A DNA stretch of 32,000 bases, taken from contig JAXLZO010000001.1 in assembly GCA_046350815.1 (NCBI GenBank), positions 1,170,001 to 1,202,000 of the forward strand, in the 5' to 3' direction. This DNA is from Candidatus Saccharimonadota bacterium. Lineage in GTDB: Bacteria; Patescibacteriota; Gracilibacteria; BD1-5; UBA2023. Below, one piece after another: positions 1 through 10,794 of the stretch; within the stretch, counting starts at the first letter, position 1; the number at the start of each line of letters is the position of its first letter. The notes below the pieces were generated by a model. It did not search any database, was not told the origin of the DNA, and saw only the letters and a program-made list of their open reading frames with translations. A program made the translations under genes and the position numbers.

Positions 1-2060
1 GTGACTTTTTCCATCTCTTCGAGGATTTCCCGAGCAACGATAAGATCCTGCAAGAGGTCTTGCTTCCACCCGAGAGTATTCATATCTGCGAGATTGATTT
101 TAACTTTATCTCAGATACTGAAGTCATCGCTGAGCCAATCATCATTCTCTTCATCGAGATTCGCATCATCGACTTGGACAAATTCTGTCTGCACTTGTAT
201 GCCATCTCTCTCGAAGTCATCGATACTCTTGATGATTCACTCGACACTCGTGATAAACTTCGTGAGTGTGATACGAAATGAATCCACTGAACTCTCGAGA
301 CGCTTCAGAAGATTGATTTTCATGAGCTTCTGGAGACTTTTTTCTCGGGTTGTCTGCTTGAGTGTACTATTCTCAGTGATGTTGGTATCATAGAGTTCGC
401 TATAAAAAGATCTCTTCGTCGGAAGTAGATAATCAAATGGCGTGTATACTGCCATGTTGAGACGAGAGAGTTCTCCATAGAGTTCCTTGATCTCCATGAA
501 GCCTGCAATATCTGTGATACCAGAACGGATTGTTTTCGGAGGGAGTCGATTCGGGAACTTTCCTATCTTCTCAGTTTCATAGTATTTTTCTATATGCCTG
601 CGACTTCTCGCTATCGTTATAGAATCAAGAAGCTTGAAGAAATCAAAATTGGTATTGAGTCTTCGAAGTAATTCCGCTGGAGTTCTTTCATCGATATCGA
701 GCTTAGACCACTCATTGAATGTCTTTTGTGCATTGGCGAGTATGGTATTGATAGATTTTGTCACATCCATCTTCTCATCGACCATATCTGTATGCCCCTC
801 ATAGGCCAGAGCGATTTGATTTTTGAGATCAGTAAATCGATTATTTACAGGTGTTGCTGAGAGCATCAGCACTTTTGTCTTCACTCAAGCCCTCATTACA
901 TCTTGGAGGAGTTTTTGGTATCGTGTGACTTTATCTTTTCTCGGTGAGTTATTACGAAAGTTATGAGACTCATCGATCACGACAAGATCATAATTTCCCC
1001 AGTTTACACGAGAGAGGTCTATACCATTGGATTCTCAGCGTGTCCTTCAGAGGTCTGTATGATACAGAACATCATAATTGAAGCGGTCTTTTACGAGCGG
1101 ATTGTCTTCATAGTTATTCAGAAACGTGAGCCAATTATCTCCGAGCTTCTTTGGACAGAGGACGAGGATGCTCTTATTTCTTTCTTGATAATATTTTATC
1201 ACACCAAGTGCTGAGAAGGTCTTTCAGAGTCAGACACTATCGGCAAGGATACAACCATTAAATCTCTCGAGCTTGTTGATAACCCCGAGTACCGCGTCCT
1301 TCTGAAAATCATAGAGCTTATTCCAAATAACAGACTCCTTAAATCCAGTTCTCTCATTAGCAAGCTCATCTTCAGTAATGTCTTCCAGAAACTCATCGAA
1401 GATATTGTAGAGAGTCAGATAGTATATAAACTCAGGAGAGTTTTCTTTATAGAGATTTGATATATATTCCTCAACTTCCTTCGTGATATCCTGAAGAGTA
1501 TCTTTATCATTCCATACTTGCTCGAAAGTATCGAGAAAACTTTTTGTCATCTCGTATTCGTCTATCTTCATCACATTTCTGATAAGAGAGTTATCGTTCT
1601 CAAATCCAAAACCTGCACTACTAAACTCATCGATTCACTGATACGCTGTAATATCATTCTCATTTTCCACGAGAAACTGAGTCTGCATGTATCTATTTGA
1701 TACATTGGATCTAAATTCTACCTTTCACTCAATCCATTTTTTACACTCTTTTGCGATAGCTCGTCACTTAAGCTCATTCTTGAGATTGATTTCGAACTCT
1801 GAACCACTTACAGCTTTCTTAATATTGTTTGCATAGATCTCGAACATCCTCTGCTCCTTTTTAATCGACTCTCTCTCAATAAAGGCTGAATCAGTAAATA
1901 TAAATTTCATCCTCTCTACACTTTGTAGCTCTGTCCTGAGGCTATCGAATCCATATATGGAAAATATTGAAGCTGCAATATTGAGTCTGGAGCCTTTTTT
2001 TATGTTTTTCTTGAGGTCATCTCAAACCTTTTGAGTTTTGTTATTGAAGTTTTGAATCAT
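1..2060 (-). CDS. SNF2-family helicase with N-terminal PLD-like domain (3' end runs off the window)
   Basis: Listed fragments 237-884 and 1230-1574 plus unlisted pieces share one frame once TGA is read as Gly. Motif I is ADSV-(TGA at 1230-1232)-LGKTF. DExH box is LVVIDESHNFRN, followed by LMLSATPVNN. ATG at 2060; no TAA or TAG down to base 1. Confidence 0.85.
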
Positions 2061-2071
2061 AAGTATATATC

Positions 2072-3232
2072 TTATATGTTTGGACTCTCCTCAAGAGTAA
2101 TAAACCCTTCTTTTCTCAGTACATAGATAATACCCCTGAGAAGTGCGCTATTTCAAAATCCTATAAGATATTTTCTGCTATTCTCTCCACTCTCTGGGAT
2201 GAGAAGTTTCTTCTCCTTAAGATCACGAATATAGCGAGATATACCAGTTTCATGGAGATCTGGAAAGAGGCTCTTCACATCTTTTGCTTCGATAACTTGT
2301 TTCTTTGCAACGAGATCAAGTATAAGTTTTTCTTTATCAGTAATTTGCCGATACTCGTGAGCATTGGTAATAGCTGGAAGAAGAATCTTGTCTCGTAAGA
2401 ATCCATAATCGAGAAGTTTATCGAGTTTTTCTATTTCTTCACTCAGACCTGAGAGAACATACTCACACCAAGCAAGAATACCTTGGTCACTTCCGCTATC
2501 CGCAAAGGAAAGAGCCTCATAATACCTATCTCTATCGTTACAAAATACAGCCGTTGGATTGATAAGTCTCTGTCCTATATGAACATTGAATCCATATTTC
2601 ATAAGGAGGGCATAGGTGAACATACGGACCGTTCGCCCATTACCATTATCAAAGGGATGCACCCATGCAAATCTATGGTGACTAATCGCTATCTTGAGAA
2701 GATCATATTTTTCAGAGTCTTTGTTCTCAGTGAATGCGAATAACTCATCCATGAGAGCACGAACTTGTGTATAGTCTGGTGGGGTATGTCCTGATCCAGT
2801 GATGATAACATTTCCAGATCGATAGTCTCCTGGAGTGCTACTTCCTTCTTTTGATAGTCATGATACAACGATCTTATGTATCTCGCTGATGAACATTCTC
2901 CCGAGAGGATAGTTCTCAATATTTGTTTCAATAAATTCAAGTGCTTTTTCTATATTGGCAATTTCCTGAATATCTTCGGATGGATCTTTTGGTGGTGAGA
3001 TCTTTGATTCTATATATGCCGCAATGGTTGTTCTATTTCATTCGATACGAGCTGATCCGATGCTTTCCATAGTGTGAAAGATATTCTTGAGCTGGAAGAA
3101 TATCTTTGGATGGCTACTTCCTGTGATACTTTTGCTACGAAGTTTTTCGAGATGAATAATCTGCTCAATCAGTGGAGAATCAAAGTCCGGCTTTAAGAGT
3201 CGAAGTGTATCATAGGTGATTTGCGAAGCCAT
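2072..3232 (-). CDS. Fic family protein (AMPylase-type) with inhibitory-helix motif and C-terminal winged-helix tail
   Basis: Fic motif HPFDNGNGRTVR. N-terminal SARIEG matches the (S/T)xxxE(G/N) inhibitory motif. Fragments 3038-3250 and 2153-2752 join in frame through TGA codons. The TGA at 2153-2155 reads through to ...LIGF-G-NSALLRGIIYVLRKEGFI, with TAA at 2072-2074. An alternative ATG lies at 3250. Confidence 0.85.
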
Positions 3233-3304
3233 AGGAACAATAATTAGCATATAATGCTTTTTATCCTTTTATAAAAAAGGATATTTGATTTCATACATAG
3301 TAAT

Positions 3305-3342
3305 AATAATTAGCAAAAATACAAAATAAGAATTAGCATTTC
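3305..3342 (+). repeat. Copy 1 of an imperfect ~35-bp direct repeat carrying two AATTAGCA boxes
   Basis: ataattagcaaaaatacaaaataagaattagcatttc matches 3683-3721 at about 30 of 35 positions. Confidence 0.7.
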
Positions 3343-3372
3343 TACATAAAAAGATGAAATTTTCCGTATAAG

Positions 3373-3410
3373 AAAAATACCGCTATTTGAAAACGGTATT
3401 TTTTGTTTTT
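3373..3410. terminator. Bidirectional intrinsic terminator-like hairpin
   Basis: aaaaataccg / cggtattttt form a 10-bp stem with an 11-nt loop, flanked by an A-run and a T-run. Confidence 0.6.
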
Positions 3411-3682
3411 AAGTCCAGATATTAAAAGAGATCGGAAGCAAAAAACTGCCGTATAAAGTTTCTAATTTGTTCCTTACTTGTTAGACCAAATGAAAAATCC
3501 ATGTTTTTTATCTCAGAAAAGAGTTTGTTTTCCTGAATTACAAGCTCTTTTTTTATGTAGATAAACAGCTTAATTTTTACATTTAAACGTAGAAATCATT
3601 TGCAAGCTTAAATAAGCAACAATTAGCATTATATATTGAACCGTGCTTTGTGGAGAGGGTTTTCACTCATTTGATCAGACTA

Positions 3683-3721
3683 AAGAATTAGTAAAAATAG
3701 AAAACAGGAATTAGCATTCTT
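3683..3721 (+). repeat. Copy 2 of the imperfect ~35-bp direct repeat with AATTAG(C/T)A boxes
   Basis: agaattagtaaaaatagaaaacaggaattagcattctt matches 3305-3342 and lies just downstream of the recQ stop. Confidence 0.7.
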
Positions 3722-3743
3722 CAGGAGCATATCATTCAAAAAT

Positions 3744-5885
3744 TTAATCTCCAGCTCCAATCATCATCACAATCCGAATCTCATCATAACTATACTTCTC
3801 CTCAAAATATTCATAGATCTCACGAAGTTTCGACTGTTGTGTGAATCATTTTATACGGATCCCCTCGGAAATTCCATCAAAAACATCATCTGTAACCAAT
3901 TTACGAAAATCAATAGCATGTCATTCTTCCTTGAGTTTGAAGAGATGAGAGAGAATCGTACTTGGTTTGAGTTCTCGATTGGCAGCGATCGCATCGATAC
4001 TAAATCCCATGTTATAAAGTTCGAGAGTTTCTTGATGAGTAATACCAGGAACAATCCTCCTTCCCTCTTTCATCTCTTTGCGGGCAAATGATTTGATGGC
4101 ATCGATAAATATTTCACCAAATCGTCGATATTTTTCCTGACCGACTCATGACACCTGAAGCATACTTCTCTCATCAATTGGTTTTTTCTGCGCCATATCA
4201 GAGAGTGTCGCATCCGAGAAAATGATGAATGGTGGGACCTCATGCTCCTCTGCGAGTGATTTTCGCACTTTTCGTAGCTCTTCGAAGAGTTCGTCACGGA
4301 TCACATCACGTTTTTTTGTGCGTGACACGATCACATCTTCCTGTTTGCGTCGTTCTTCTGGGCTCACATATTCACTCAACAATACATGCTCTTTGCCAGA
4401 GAGTATTGTTTTTGATCGCTCATTGAGTTTGAGTGCATGACCTTGGTCATAGGCAATATACATGATACCAGCATTCAGCATCTCAGAGAGATAGCTCTCC
4501 CATTGATCATAGCTGTATTCACGACCGAGTCAGAAAGTAGGAAGATCATGGTATCATGCCTGCAAAATATGATGTGCCTGTGATCATCGGAGTATCTCCA
4601 TCACAGTCTTCATAGTGACACTTTGATTCGTACGTGCAATGACAGAAAGTGCCTTCTGAACAAGGATCGTCGCATCGAATGTTTTACGCGGGTTGCGACA
4701 AACATCACAATTTCCACAATCCTCTTTGAGGGTCTCTTGAAAATAGGAGAGCAATACTCGACGTCGGCAGATATTTGACTCTGCATATGTCACCATACGA
4801 TCAAGTTTAGCTTGCATAAGAATCTTTTGTTCTGGCGCCACTACTTCTGATTGTTCTATCATCTCTCGACGTGAGATGATATCAGAGATACTTGAAAAAA
4901 GTATAGTGTCAGATGGCTCACCATCACGACCCGCACGACCAATCTCCTGGTAGTATCACTCCATATTGGATGGAATATTGTAATGTATGACAAATCGCAC
5001 ATTGGATTTGTCGATACCCATACCAAAGGCAACGGTTGCTATGATAATCTCGACATCATCTTTGAGAAATGCGTCCTGTACTATCATACGTTCCTCACTC
5101 GGCATACCCGCATGGTAGTAGGCAACCTTGTAGCCTTTCTCCTGAAGCTTCTCACTCACGCTCTCACATGTTTTTCGCGAGAGACAATAAATAATTCATG
5201 ATTCAGAGCGGTGGCGAGTGAGAAACTCTTCTATTTGTTCGATTCGCTTGCGTCCTGGTAGCACTGCGAGGGACAAATTTGGACGATCAAAACTCGAGAG
5301 AAAGACCTGAGCATCTGGAATCGAGAGCTGAGTGAGAATATCTCGGCGAGTCGTCGCATCTGCTGTCGCTGTGAGCGCAATGATGGGAAGATTTGGAAAA
5401 TGTGACTTGAGATTCCCGAGTTTACGGTATTCACTACGAAATTCATGGCCCCAGGATGAGATACAGTGAGCCTCATCCACCGCAAAGAACGCAATATCGA
5501 TCGTCGAGATCCATGAGAGGATATTATCCGAGAAGAGTTTCTCCGGGGAAATATAGAGCATCTTCACTTCCCCACTCTCCACTTGGCGCAATACTGTATT
5601 TTGTTCAGATGCATTTTGGCTTGAATTCAGACATACTGCATGAATACCATTTGCCTTGAGTGCCTCGACCTGATCATACATCAGTGCGATAAGTGGTGAT
5701 ATGACAATCGTCACACCTGATTTCATCATCGCCGGGATCTGATAACAGAGCGACTTTCCTCCACCTGTCGGCATGAGCACCATAACATCCTGACCGGAGA
5801 GGAGTGTGGTAATAATCTCCTCCTGTTGAGGACGAAAACTCTCGTAGCCAAAATATTGCTTGAGGATGGAGTATAGAGAATTCAT
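3744..5885 (-). CDS. recQ: ATP-dependent DNA helicase RecQ, with RQC, HRDC and an extra C-terminal HTH-like domain
   Basis: Fragments 5196-5885, 4956-5159, 4584-4862 and 4146-4481 are all in one frame. Motifs: PTGGGKSLCYQ, DEAHC, ATVAFGMGIDK, YYQEIGRAGRDG, and the CGNCDVC zinc cluster. In-frame TGA codons sit at SES-G-IIYC, NME-G-YYQE, ILR-G and VS-G-VG. TAA at 3744-3746. Confidence 0.95.
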
Positions 5886-6087
5886 AAGTAATCCAAAAAT
5901 GAGAAGGAAGTATAGATAAAAAATTGTGTTATACTAAAAAAATTTCAGTGAAAATGAAATTTTTAACATTTTTACAGTATTTGACGCAATATGAAAAACA
6001 AATAACATTAATTTTATTCAAAAAATAAAAGGCTCTAGACTAGTAGATTTAACAAATGGAAAGTATTATAGTAAATAAATATTAAAC

Positions 6088-6530
6088 ATGATAGATCAAA
6101 TATATTCATATCGAGAAATGTGTGATATTGAAAATGTTCAGACTCTACAACGAGGTATGAATTTTCGCATGAATCCAAGATACTCGGTTGTTTTGATGTC
6201 ACGCAGATCCAATGCGCCATACAGCGATAATATTTCCAATGATGGCATCACCATTGAGTACGAAGGTCATGATGAACCGAAGATTTCTCATGAAATGAAT
6301 CCAAAAAATTTTGATCAACAGCAAGAAACAAAAAATGGAACATTAACTCAAAATGGAAAATTTATTAAGGCAGCTGAAAAATTTAAAGAAGGAACCTCAG
6401 ACGTTGAGAAAGTAAAGGTTTATGAAAAAATATTACCTGGTGTTTGGTCTCTAAAAGGTTTATTTAACCTAATTGATTACAAAATTAAAAATGATTGAAA
6501 ACGAAATCTTTTTATATTCATTTTAAAATT
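6088..6530 (+). pseudogene. HNH endonuclease, N-terminal reader-like domain part (gene interrupted by an IS element)
   Basis: The ORF from ATG 6088 (...GMNFRMNPRYSVVLMS...IEYEGHD...VYEKILPGVW...) runs into the IS left end at 6531 and stops at a TAA inside the IS. Removing the IS and one target-site-duplication (TSD) copy joins it in frame to the HNH domain at 7292. Confidence 0.8.
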
Positions 6531-7284
6531 GGGTCTAAACCAGTTACGGGTTATATTGACGAAGTAACTTTAGCACTTCCTTATAAATATCTTTTCATTG
6601 AATACGACAATTATATCTGAATTCAGATTCTTTCAAAAAATAGTAGAAGTAGACTTTCTTGATTCCATTGAATTGAGAGAGTCTTCTTTTGGTATAACTC
6701 CAAAATGACTCTATTCAATTAATGTGTTGAGTTCATCTTGCAAATTCATTTGCTCCGTGATGAACACGGTAGTGTTTCTCATATCCAATATCTACAAGCC
6801 CATCATAAGCTCACCATCCATCACTGTTAATCTCAGACTCTTCTATACGAAGTTTTCATCGAATGATTGGCACGAGAGTCCTTGCTTTTACATCAGGAAC
6901 TATCTCAGTATATACTTTTCAGTTTCTTTTGAGTAAACCAAAGACTATTGTCTTCATACCAGCTCACCTTCCTCTCTTTTCATCGGACTCTTGTTGGTCA
7001 GAAGTAACTCTCATCTATCTCAACATTTCCAGTCCATATTTCATTCTTTTCTCTCTCACAGAGAAAGGCTATCGCCTTTCTGATATATCTATACCAATCC
7101 TGTGTTGTTTTTGGATTGAGACCTGTTAATACCGCTGTTTTATCTGAAGTAAAATCCAGAGAAAAATATTTCACAATTTCTCTTATTTTTGCATCTCAAA
7201 TTCGTGATTTTTTCCTATAGGTAGTTTTACTGATCATAGAGCCAAGTTTATGGGATAATTTATCCTGTCAACTGGTTTAGACCC
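6531..7284 (-). mobile_element. IS1595-family insertion sequence (IS1016-like size class)
   Basis: 15-bp perfect terminal inverted repeats GGGTCTAAACCAGTT at 6531-6545 and 7270-7284. Flanking 7-bp direct repeat TAAAATT at 6524-6530 and 7285-7291. One transposase gene fills the element. Confidence 0.9.
6544..7237 (-). CDS. IS1595/ISXO2-like DDE transposase, interrupted by a 1-nt frameshift
   Basis: Table-25 translation gives ...VEIDESYF-G-PTRVR-G-K | RGRGAGMKTIVFGLLKRN-G-KVYTEIVP...NSDGW-G-AYDGLVDIGYEKHYRVHHG...HIN-G-IESFWSY.... The length is 694 nt. The frame changes at the run 6977-6980. About ten in-frame TGA codons fall at family Gly positions. Confidence 0.8.
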
Positions 7285-7291
7285 TAAAATT

Positions 7292-7538
7292 ATGCGATGA
7301 ACAAGATTTAATCAGCAATGAGCATATAGATCTTGCACATACGAGACTTATACCGAGTGAAGTAAAAAAGGAAGTTTGGAAAAGGGATAAAGGGAAATGT
7401 GTGCTTTGTGAATCGATGAAGAATTTACATTTTGATCATGATTTACCATTTTCAAAAGGAGGTTCAAGTTTAACAGCTAAAAATATTAGATTACTTTGTG
7501 CTAAATGCAACCTAGCGAAATCAGATAAAATAGAATAA
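7292..7538 (+). pseudogene. HNH endonuclease, C-terminal HNH nuclease part
   Basis: CDEQDL...KEVWKRDKGKCVLCESMKNLHFDHDLPFSKGGSSLTAKNIRLLCAKCNLAKSDKIE. TAA at 7536-7538. No start codon of its own immediately after the IS. Confidence 0.8.
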
Positions 7539-7571
7539 ATTCAAAAAAATAATACACCGCAACCATTTAAT

Positions 7572-8033
7572 TTAGATAATATTTTTTAGACTCACCGTGA
7601 TTTCATATTCCTTCCCTGTCACCTCAGTAATAGACAAGCGATTTCATTTTTGTAGTATTCTCATATTCGCGAGCTCCGGAATAGACCGAACGATAGCAAG
7701 TGATACAATATTTGGAAACTTCTCCACAAATCTCACAGCTCGGCATATCCACCTTGGATTATCACGTGGGGATTTTGGATCGTAGTACTCAGATGTCGGA
7801 TCAAACTGAGTCTCATCAGCATGAGACTCTCCGACAATCTCCGCAATCCCAGCTATTCCTGGGATGAGGCAATTCGAATGATAAAACAGAACTTTATCAC
7901 CCACACTCATACTATCTCGCATAAAATTTCGGGCTTGATAATTTCTCACACCAAACCAACTTGAGACATCATCTCTTTGAAGATCATCAATAGAATATTC
8001 ACTAGGCTCTGATTTCATCAACCAATATCGCAT
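7572..8033 (-). CDS. EVE (PUA-like) domain protein
   Basis: MRYWLMKSEPSEYSIDDL...VRNYQARNFMRD.MSVGDKVLFYHSN...QK-G-NRLSITEVTGKEYE. The TGA at 7644-7646 reads as Gly. TAA at 7572-7574. Confidence 0.85.
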
Positions 8034-8046
8034 AATCAAATAATTA

Positions 8047-9225
8047 TTATCAAATCTTCTTTTCAAGAAACATCGCATCTCCAAATGAGAAAAATCTCAT
8101 CTTCTCTTTTACTGCCTTTTCATAGAGACTCAGAACTTTTTCTCGACCAGCAAATGCAGAGACAAGCATAAGAAGTGATGACTCTGGAAGATGGAAATTG
8201 GTGATGAGTTTATCCACGAGCAAAAATTCATACGGCTCATAAATAAATATCTCCGTGCTCGCTGTGATAATCCGGCTCTCAGTATCATAAGAGAGAAATC
8301 ACATATTTGGCAGTGGTCTTTCTTGATAGTTGCGATCAAGTACCTGATGAGAGAGCGACGACCACCATGAGGCTACCTCAGGTGGTAACAGAGATTTCAC
8401 CGATGAAGGAAGGATCGTATAGAGTATCGGGAGACTCTCGAGTGTGCGAACAACAGTCGTACCGACAGCTACAATATGCTTCGATGATTGACGTAAACGA
8501 TAGAGTGTTTCAAGAAGATCAATAGATACTTGTATAGTTTCGTGATGGAGGCGAATATTATGTGCCTCTTCACTGCGAGGTATAGGCTTAAAAGTGCCAA
8601 GTCCTACATGAAGTGTAAGCTCGTGCTTTTCAACACCCTTCTTGGTAAGTTCATCAAGAATAGCATGAGTAAAATGCAGTGAAGCAGTCGGAGCAGCAAG
8701 AGCTCACTCCTGAGAAGCAAAGACCGTTTGATATCGTGCTTCCTTGGATATATCATAAGCAATATAAGGTGGAAGTGGAAGATTGCCATATCGATCAAAG
8801 AACTCTTTGACATTCATACCATCGATCGACAGTATGCGCCCATTTTCTGTAATATCATTGACACAAATACGAAAACCATCTCATTGTAAGATATCGCCTA
8901 ATGCAAACCATTTTCCGGGAGAAATAAGCGCCTCAAAAGAATATTCTGAGCGATATTCTACAAAAAATATTTCAATGTCAGCATCTCGTATCTTTTCAAC
9001 TCATCATCTGATATGGACAAGCGATGGAAATACAGCACGAGCTTTGAGAACGCGAGTATTGTTAAAGAATAAGACATCATCACAATCAAACAATCAGACA
9101 ATATCACGAAATCGATGAATCGATCCATCTGGAAGAAGGAGACGGGAGAGATCACGTTCAATAGCAGGATCCTGAGCGATAAGTTCCTCCGGAAGATCGT
9201 AAAAATAGTCTTGTGGGCAAGTCAT
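8047..9225 (-). CDS. queA: S-adenosylmethionine:tRNA ribosyltransferase-isomerase
   Basis: The supplied ORFs here are antisense only. My minus-strand table-25 translation gives [12 protein letters not shown]...[83 protein letters not shown]. It is 393 codons in one frame and ends TGA-TAA. Confidence 0.9.
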
Positions 9226-9341
9226 AAAATCCGTGCAAAAGAGACAAGAGTACATATACTAATGAAATCAGCGAAAAATCCACTCATATATGAGTATTTT
9301 TGTTTGTTCTTATCCAAGAGTTTTCTATAATATCAAAAAAT

Positions 9342-9710
9342 ATGAATCAAAATCAACTCCGTCAGGCACACGCGCTCGTGTGACTCCTCTCACCAACATT
9401 TATTCAGATAACCAGCGAATGGACTGATCTCTACGGAATATCCAGCCTTCGAAAGGCAGAGCTCGAAGCGGACGGATCGACGCTCATATTAACTGTATCA
9501 CATGCAAATGGGACACCAAAATCTTTTGTGCAAGCACTCAAGAATGAAGAAGAAATATTCATGAAAATCATTCGGAAAAATCTCCATAAATACAAACTCC
9601 CTCGCATCAAATGGGTTGTATCAACAACAAATGATGATCCTGTGAATCTTGTAGCACTCATTGAATCACTCAATACAAGTAATAAAAATGCAAACGAGGA
9701 AAATGAATAA
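9342..9710 (+). CDS. Hypothetical protein (possibly DUF721/DciA-like)
   Basis: ATG 9342 is in frame with listed ORF 9528-9710 through one TGA. A TATAAT box lies 12 nt upstream. The weak W..l.G....L.v.v pattern is recalled from memory only. Confidence 0.45.
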
Positions 9711-9732
9711 ATCGACAAAAAAATAAGAATCC

Positions 9733-10794
9733 ATGCAAAAACATGAGACCGTACGAGAGTATCTCGCAAGGAAAAAGAACCAGTTTCTCGAGAGTTTTTT
9801 GCTGTTTCAAGAAAAAAAATCATGAAAAACAAGAACGTATAGTTCGTCCCAAACATCACACTATCTTCCAAAGTATCAAAAATATACTTCCTCTCGTGCA
9901 CTCAGGAAAAAATGGTACGAACATATAGGAGTTTCATCGGAACAGGCATTCCTCTTCCGAGAATTATTCCGTGCAAAACGTGGAGTATTTTTTCTCTTAA
10001 GTTTGCTTGCATTTTGTTTAAGTCTATCCACTTTTACTTATTGGGCATACTATTCATCTTATTTTGATATTGCACCAAGTAATGTTATCATCGAATCAAC
10101 CGATGGTTTTACTGATATCAACAAAGCATATGATTCTATAGCGAGCATTTATCGAAAAAAACTCTATCTTCTAGATAAAGATCAGATAACAAAAAACTTA
10201 CAAAAAGATCAAAAACAAATAGCAACTGTGTCTGTGGATGCTCTTTATCCAAATGGTGTTCGCATCAGTATAACCGCACAAAAACCATTGGTGAGTATCA
10301 AAACAGGAGATAAAGAAATACCACTAGTACTTTCACAAAGTGGAATCTTTATGAATGTAGATCGAGGACTTGCTGATGTGACGATGCTCGGGCAGATAGC
10401 ACTCCTTCCGGGTGATAAAGAACGAATAAAGCCAGGAGTTTCAACTCTCGATACCACCACTCTTGAGAGTCTTAGATATATCATCAATTACCTTACAGTT
10501 CATGAATGGAACATGATAGGACTCAAAGTTCAAGAGGTTACACTTCTCGAGCAAGAACGAGAGATTCATATCAAATATCAAAAGGGGTCGCTGTTTTTCA
10601 TCATGAATAATAAGATAAATGAGCAAATACAAAATCTAGAACTTTTTGCGTCACAGAACCCAACCTGATTTCAGAACGCGCTCTATATTGATGCTCGGGT
10701 TGCAAAACGCATATTTGTGTGTAATGAAATAGCAGCATGCCAGCAAAATCTTAGCGTACTTTATCCACGATTCTATGGCAATTCTTATCGATAA
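9733..10794 (+). CDS. Cell division protein FtsQ-like (N-terminal tail, one TM segment, POTRA-like domain)
   Basis: Frame of ORF 10003-10668, extended upstream to ATG 9733 and downstream through the TGA at 10666 to TAA 10792-10794. TM segment is GVFFLLSLLAFCLSLSTFTYWAYY. The POTRA-like stretch is NVIIESTDGF...YPNGVRISITAQKPLVSIK. Confidence 0.6.

Noticed and set aside
1-393. Many supplied ORFs lie opposite or out of frame to the reconstructed genes. Examples are 1-393(+), 963-1214(+), 8783-9118(+), 9431-9901(-), 15878-16403(+), 17167-17519(+), 18577-19312(+), 24485-24949(+) and 30873-31805(+).
   Set aside because: They have low-complexity, non-conserved translations. They overlap frames that carry clear conserved motifs once TGA is read as Gly, so they are shadow ORFs.
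3421-3501. 26-codon minus-strand ORF (MDFSFGLTSKEQIRNFIRQFFASDLF) in the recQ-fic spacer.
   Set aside because: It is too short, has no ribosome-binding site or conservation evidence, and ORFs of this size arise by chance in AT-rich sequence.
6977-6983. Programmed ribosomal frameshifting in the IS transposase.
   Set aside because: IS1595-family transposases are single-ORF enzymes as far as I know. The site is only a 4-nt run with no obvious downstream structure. Mutation or a homopolymer sequencing error is more parsimonious.
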